This document shows positions 60,091-64,000 of a stretch of DNA of 64,000 bases, piece by piece. Location of the stretch: the NCBI GenBank assembly GCA_965214095.1, contig OZ243938.1:5088001-5152000 (forward strand), read 5' to 3'. Positions within the stretch are counted from its first letter, which is position 1. Each line of letters starts with the position of its first letter. The notes below the pieces were generated by a model. That model did no database searches. It was not told where the DNA came from and worked only from the letters and a program-made list of their open reading frames with translations. This DNA is from Candidatus Poribacteria bacterium (GTDB lineage: Bacteria > Poribacteria > WGA-4E > WGA-3G). The position numbers were made by a program, and so were the translations under genes.

Positions 60091-62832
60091 TTACGGATTT
60101 ATTTCCCAGAGCAGCACAGTGCCATCATCACTACCACTAACGAGGGTTTTGCCATCAGGACTGAACGCGATGCTTCTAACCCAAGCTGTATGTCCAGTCA
60201 GCGTTTTCTTGTGTTCGCCAGTGTGTGCATCCCATAAGTTGATGATACCGTCTACACCTCCACTCACAAGAGATTTTCCATCAGGACTGAATGCCAAACT
60301 GAACACCCAATGTGAATGTCCAGTGAGTGTCATCTTACTTTTGCCTGTCCCTATATCCCATAGGTGAATGATCTTGTCACCACCTCCACTAGCAAGGGTT
60401 TTGCCATCAGGACTGAATGCAACGGTCTTAACACCTTCAAAACTGTATCGACTATTCTTATCTTCTAATTTCTCGGTATGTCCAGTGAGTATCATCTTGG
60501 TATCGCCAGTGTCAACATCCCATAGTCGTATCGTAGCGTCCTCACTACCACTGGCGAGGGTTTTGCTATCCGGACTAAAGGCAACGCTATAGACTCTGTG
60601 CTTATGTCCGTTGAGCGTTATTTTATGTTCACCAGTATGCATATTCCAAAGTCGTATAGTCATATCCTCGCTACCACTCGCGAGTGTCCTTCCATCGGGG
60701 CTGAGTGCTATGCTATGGATACCCCACGTATGTCCGGTGAGTAGCATTTTGTGTTCTCCGGTGTGTGGATCCCAAAGACGGATGCCATCGTCAGTCCCAC
60801 AAGCGAGAGTATTTCCATCAGGACTGAAGACCATACTTGATGCTGCGTCATTAAACTCTTTGAATGTTCTCATTTGGTGTCCAGTCTTCGCATCCCACAA
60901 ACGAATAGTGCCATCGGCATACCCACTTGCAACAATTTGCCTATTGGGGTTGAACGCTACGCTATAAACATAGTCCGAATTTCCAGTGATTGCAGACTTT
61001 TGGTTGCCGGTGTTCATATCCCAGAAACGGATGGTGCCATCTCCACTTCCACTACTTGCGAGTGTTTTCCCATCAGGACTGAATGCTAAACCCCAAATAT
61101 CTCCCGTGTGTTCAGTGAGAATAATCCTCTGTTCACCAGTGTGCACATCCCAGATACGTACTGTTTCGTCTATATATGATGAACTTGCGAGTGTTTTCCC
61201 ATCCGGACTAAAGGCTATGCTTTGAACGTCCACAGAATGTCCTATGAGTTTTCGCTTGAGTTCACCTGTGTTTAAATCTGAAAGGTAGATAATACCATCT
61301 CTACTGCCAATAGCAACTGTTTTGCCATCCGGACTGAACGCTGCGCAAAATACACTATCAGTATTTTCCACTTTGAATGTTTTCTTATGTTTACCAGTGA
61401 TTGCATCCGATATACAGACTTCGCTACCCCCAGTCACACTAACAATTGTCTTGCCATCCGGGCTGAATGAAATATAACCGATATTTTCCGGGAGTCCAGT
61501 GAAACTATCCTTATGTTCTCCGGTGATAGTATCCCAAAGTTGGACAGTATCACCGTCTCCACTTGCTACTATTTTTCCATCAGGACTGAATACAATGGTT
61601 GTGTGCGAGTTCGTATGACCTATAAGTGTTTTTTGTGCACCTGTGCTTCTATCCCACAGAATAATCGTCCCATTCCAGTCTCCACTCACAAAAGTGTGTC
61701 CATCCGGACTAAATGTGAGGCGATTGACTAAACCCGTATGGTCTGTGAGCAGGGCGACCTCTTGATGTGTTGTTGCGTCGTAGAACCAAATTCCGACACC
61801 ACTTGCAACAGCAAGAATTGTCCCATCAGGAGAATACTGTATTTCACTTATCATACCTTTACCAAGGCGGGCTTTAGCATCTTCAGGTAGGTTCCATTGC
61901 ATAGGGTCTTGTGCTAAGTTGTTTTTCACTGTTTTTGTTCCTTCTGTTAGACCGTTGTTACTGTTTTTGCTGAGGTTAGTACCACCAACCCGGTTTTTCA
62001 ATTCAGGTTTTGATTGAAGATTCAAAATAATAGGCGCATCAACAATTTCAATAGCAATTTCTGATTTTGAATCTACACTATACGGCTTCTGAAAATTTGT
62101 GATGAGTTGTTTGCTCGCGCCCATCAACAAAATCACCAAAATAAAGGATGTACCTAAAGCTGCAAACGGTAGCAACGGTTTACCTCCTGATGGAGATGTT
62201 TGTTTTATGCTGTCAATACCTTGCATGATGTTTTCGGTTAGATTTGGAGGTAATGAAACACTGCCGAGTGTTTCCCGAATTATGGACTCTTCGTTCTGTA
62301 AACGTTCTCGTCCCCGTTTAAGTCGACTTTTAACAGTGTTCGAAGATACACCTAAAAACTTGCTAATCTCTTCACAACTCATTTCACCGAGATAGTGAAG
62401 GACCATCACCGTGCGTTCGCTTTCTGGAAGTTTTTCCATGAGCTTCTGCACGATTTTACGTCTGTGTTCAACGGCTGCGTCCTCACGCTGGTCACAGACA
62501 TAGTCCGCATAAGCAGTTTTTTCAAGTGTCTTTTCACTGGTGGAATCCAAGGAGTCCATGTCCATCCGCTTCTTTCTGAACCATGCTTTGCATTGTCGAT
62601 TGGTGATGACGTAAAGCCAACCAGCAAACTGACCCGGATTTTTCAACGAGGCGAGTCTTTGGTATGCCAGTAGGAAAGTATCCTGTGTAATTTCTTCAGC
62701 GATATGGAAATCACCGATTTTCCGCCAGGCAAGCGCGTGAACGCTTTTTTGATATTTTTCAACTAACGCACTGAAAGCAGTTTCGTCACCTGACAATACT
62801 TCTTGAATCAGTTCAAAATCATCTCTTTCCAT
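60091..62832 (-). CDS. ECF sigma factor fused to TM helix and WD40 propeller (copy 2)
   Basis: Same architecture; sigma domain almost identical to copy 1. Confidence 0.93.
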   Translation of the reverse strand: MERDDFELIQEVLSGDETAFSALVEKYQKSVHALAWRKIGDFHIAEEITQDTFLLAYQRLASLKNPGQFAGWLYVITNRQCKAWFRKKRMDMDSLDSTSEKTLEKTAYADYVCDQREDAAVEHRRKIVQKLMEKLPESERTVMVLHYLGEMSCEEISKFLGVSSNTVKSRLKRGRERLQNEESIIRETLGSVSLPPNLTENIMQGIDSIKQTSPSGGKPLLPFAALGTSFILVILLMGASKQLITNFQKPYSVDSKSEIAIEIVDAPIILNLQSKPELKNRVGGTNLSKNSNNGLTEGTKTVKNNLAQDPMQWNLPEDAKARLGKGMISEIQYSPDGTILAVASGVGIWFYDATTHQEVALLTDHTGLVNRLTFSPDGHTFVSGDWNGTIILWDRSTGAQKTLIGHTNSHTTIVFSPDGKIVASGDGDTVQLWDTITGEHKDSFTGLPENIGYISFSPDGKTIVSVTGGSEVCISDAITGKHKKTFKVENTDSVFCAAFSPDGKTVAIGSRDGIIYLSDLNTGELKRKLIGHSVDVQSIAFSPDGKTLASSSYIDETVRIWDVHTGEQRIILTEHTGDIWGLAFSPDGKTLASSGSGDGTIRFWDMNTGNQKSAITGNSDYVYSVAFNPNRQIVASGYADGTIRLWDAKTGHQMRTFKEFNDAASSMVFSPDGNTLACGTDDGIRLWDPHTGEHKMLLTGHTWGIHSIALSPDGRTLASGSEDMTIRLWNMHTGEHKITLNGHKHRVYSVAFSPDSKTLASGSEDATIRLWDVDTGDTKMILTGHTEKLEDKNSRYSFEGVKTVAFSPDGKTLASGGGDKIIHLWDIGTGKSKMTLTGHSHWVFSLAFSPDGKSLVSGGVDGIINLWDAHTGEHKKTLTGHTAWVRSIAFSPDGKTLVSGSDDGTVLLWEINP

Positions 62833-62852
62833 CAGAAACCTCCATAATCAAT

Positions 62853-62883
62853 AATTGCATAGGAATTGCATAGGAATTGCATA
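62853..62883. repeat. 11-bp tandem repeat in the leader of ECF copy 2
   Basis: aattgcatagg aattgcatagg aattgcata. Confidence 0.8.
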
Positions 62884-62892
62884 CAATCTATA

Positions 62893-62922
62893 GTGACGCG
62901 ATTTTGTAAGGGATGGGTTGCA
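62893..62922 (-). promoter_or_regulatory. Putative ECF autoregulatory promoter
   Basis: TGCAACC-N15-CGCGTCAC. Confidence 0.7.
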
Positions 62923-62956
62923 AGAATGTCAAAGTTGAAAGAAAAAATCTAAATTT

Positions 62957-63094
62957 TATAGTAAAAATCATAATTATTTACACACTACGGTAGGTTCGGT
63001 TTCCTAACCGAACCGGTGTTTGTTCAGTGTTATAGATGCGGTTAGGAAACCGCATCTACCGTGGAGTGTGCACGTATTTTTACATTTCACTATA
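62957..63094. mobile_element. 138-bp MITE (family C) with inverted REP doublet
   Basis: Ends tatagtaaaa/tttcactata; near copy of 40207-40343. Confidence 0.8.
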
Positions 63095-63284
63095 AAGAAA
63101 ATACCCAATTAACGAGATAAATCCCGATAATTGGGTAATATCAAGAAGGAATAGCAGGTTTGCAGCAACTTTTATAAACAGACAATTTCGTCCAATAAAA
63201 GTTAAGGTATATCTTTCTATGACGTTTCGACAGAACTAAAGATACCTGTGAAACATTTGCTATAAGAATCGCATCTCTGTGAGG

Positions 63285-64000
63285 TTAACTAACTTCTGTG
63301 CCAGACATTTGCTCTAAAGCCAACAGCAATGCTTGCGTTCCTAAACGTCCATGTCCTTGTGCTTGCACAGCAGTGTAAAGTTGATGCACCAAGGCAAGTC
63401 CCGGTAGACTCAGGTTCATTTTTCTTGCTTCATCCAGTGCAATGCTCATATCCTTGATGAAATGTTCCACAAAGAAACCAGGGTCAAAGTCGCGCTTGAG
63501 AACCCGTGGGGCTAAGTTATCCAACGACCAACATGCAGCTGCTCCACCGCTGATTGAAGATAGCATCGTCTCCAAATCCAAACCCGCTTTATGACCATAA
63601 ATCAATCCTTCACACACACCGATCATCGTGCCAGAAATGGTAATCTGATTGCACATTTTGGTATGTTGACCAGCACCAGCACCGCCTTGATGAACGATGT
63701 TCTTACCCATAGCGGAAAATAGCGGCATAATTGCTTCTACCGCTGAGTCATCACCCCCGACCATGATAGAGAGTCGTGCTTCTCGCGCACCAACATCACC
63801 ACCTGAAACAGGGGCATCTACAGATGATACATTCTGTTCACTTGCAGCAGCATATATCTCCTGTGCAAGAGAGGGTTCAGTAGTCGTCATATCAACGATA
63901 ATACTACCTGATTTTGCGCCATTCAGAATACCGTTTTCACCGAGATAAACCTCTCTCACATCGGGTGGAAACCCAACGATTGTAAAGATGACATCTGAAA
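63285..64000 (-). CDS. 3-hydroxyisobutyrate dehydrogenase/2-hydroxy-3-oxopropionate reductase family (5' end outside the window)
   Basis: [30 protein letters not shown]...HFIKDM; frame open to the window edge. Confidence 0.92.
   Translation of the reverse strand, partial: SDVIFTIVGFPPDVREVYLGENGILNGAKSGSIIVDMTTTEPSLAQEIYAAASEQNVSSVDAPVSGGDVGAREARLSIMVGGDDSAVEAIMPLFSAMGKNIVHQGGAGAGQHTKMCNQITISGTMIGVCEGLIYGHKAGLDLETMLSSISGGAAACWSLDNLAPRVLKRDFDPGFFVEHFIKDMSIALDEARKMNLSLPGLALVHQLYTAVQAQGHGRLGTQALLLALEQMSGTEVS

Noticed and set aside
57199-62832. CRISPR array or DGR template/variable repeat pair
   Set aside because: The periodic ccatc.ggactgaa repeats encode WD40 FSPDG in frame; differences between paralogs are not adenine-specific; no cas or RT gene is present
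1-64000. tRNA (including selC), rRNA, transposase, RAYT or prophage genes
   Set aside because: None recognised by eye; a tRNAscan/Infernal run would be needed to exclude short RNAs

Overview
Bacterial chromosomal window of roughly 40% GC by eye, with about 50 CDS and no rRNA, tRNA, CRISPR array or transposase that I could see. The gene content suggests Candidatus Poribacteria (sponge symbiont); this is an inference from WD40/Kelch/LamG proteins with a C-terminal W-G-x-x-K tail, three PhyH dioxygenases, sulfatases and ECF-WD40 fusions. Housekeeping genes include aroK-aroB, serA, truD, mutL, argC, lpxB-lpxK and dnaN. Main finds: (1) a thioredoxin/PDZ protein split by the ORF caller at two in-frame UGA codons forming a U-V-P-U motif, followed by SECIS-like hairpins, i.e. 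a probable di-selenocysteine protein; (2) a UvrD helicase whose 2B region holds a catalytically dead RecJ DHH domain that itself carries an intact DEDDh exonuclease; (3) two tandem dnaN paralogs outside the dnaA locus with altered peptide-binding pockets; (4) an uncharacterised four-gene membrane complex (DUF6754-type); (5) two tandem membrane-anchored ECF sigma-WD40 genes sharing an ECF-type promoter; (6) a dense population of GTAG-type REP palindromes nested inside TIR-bounded MITEs. All family names come from motif recognition, not from database searches.
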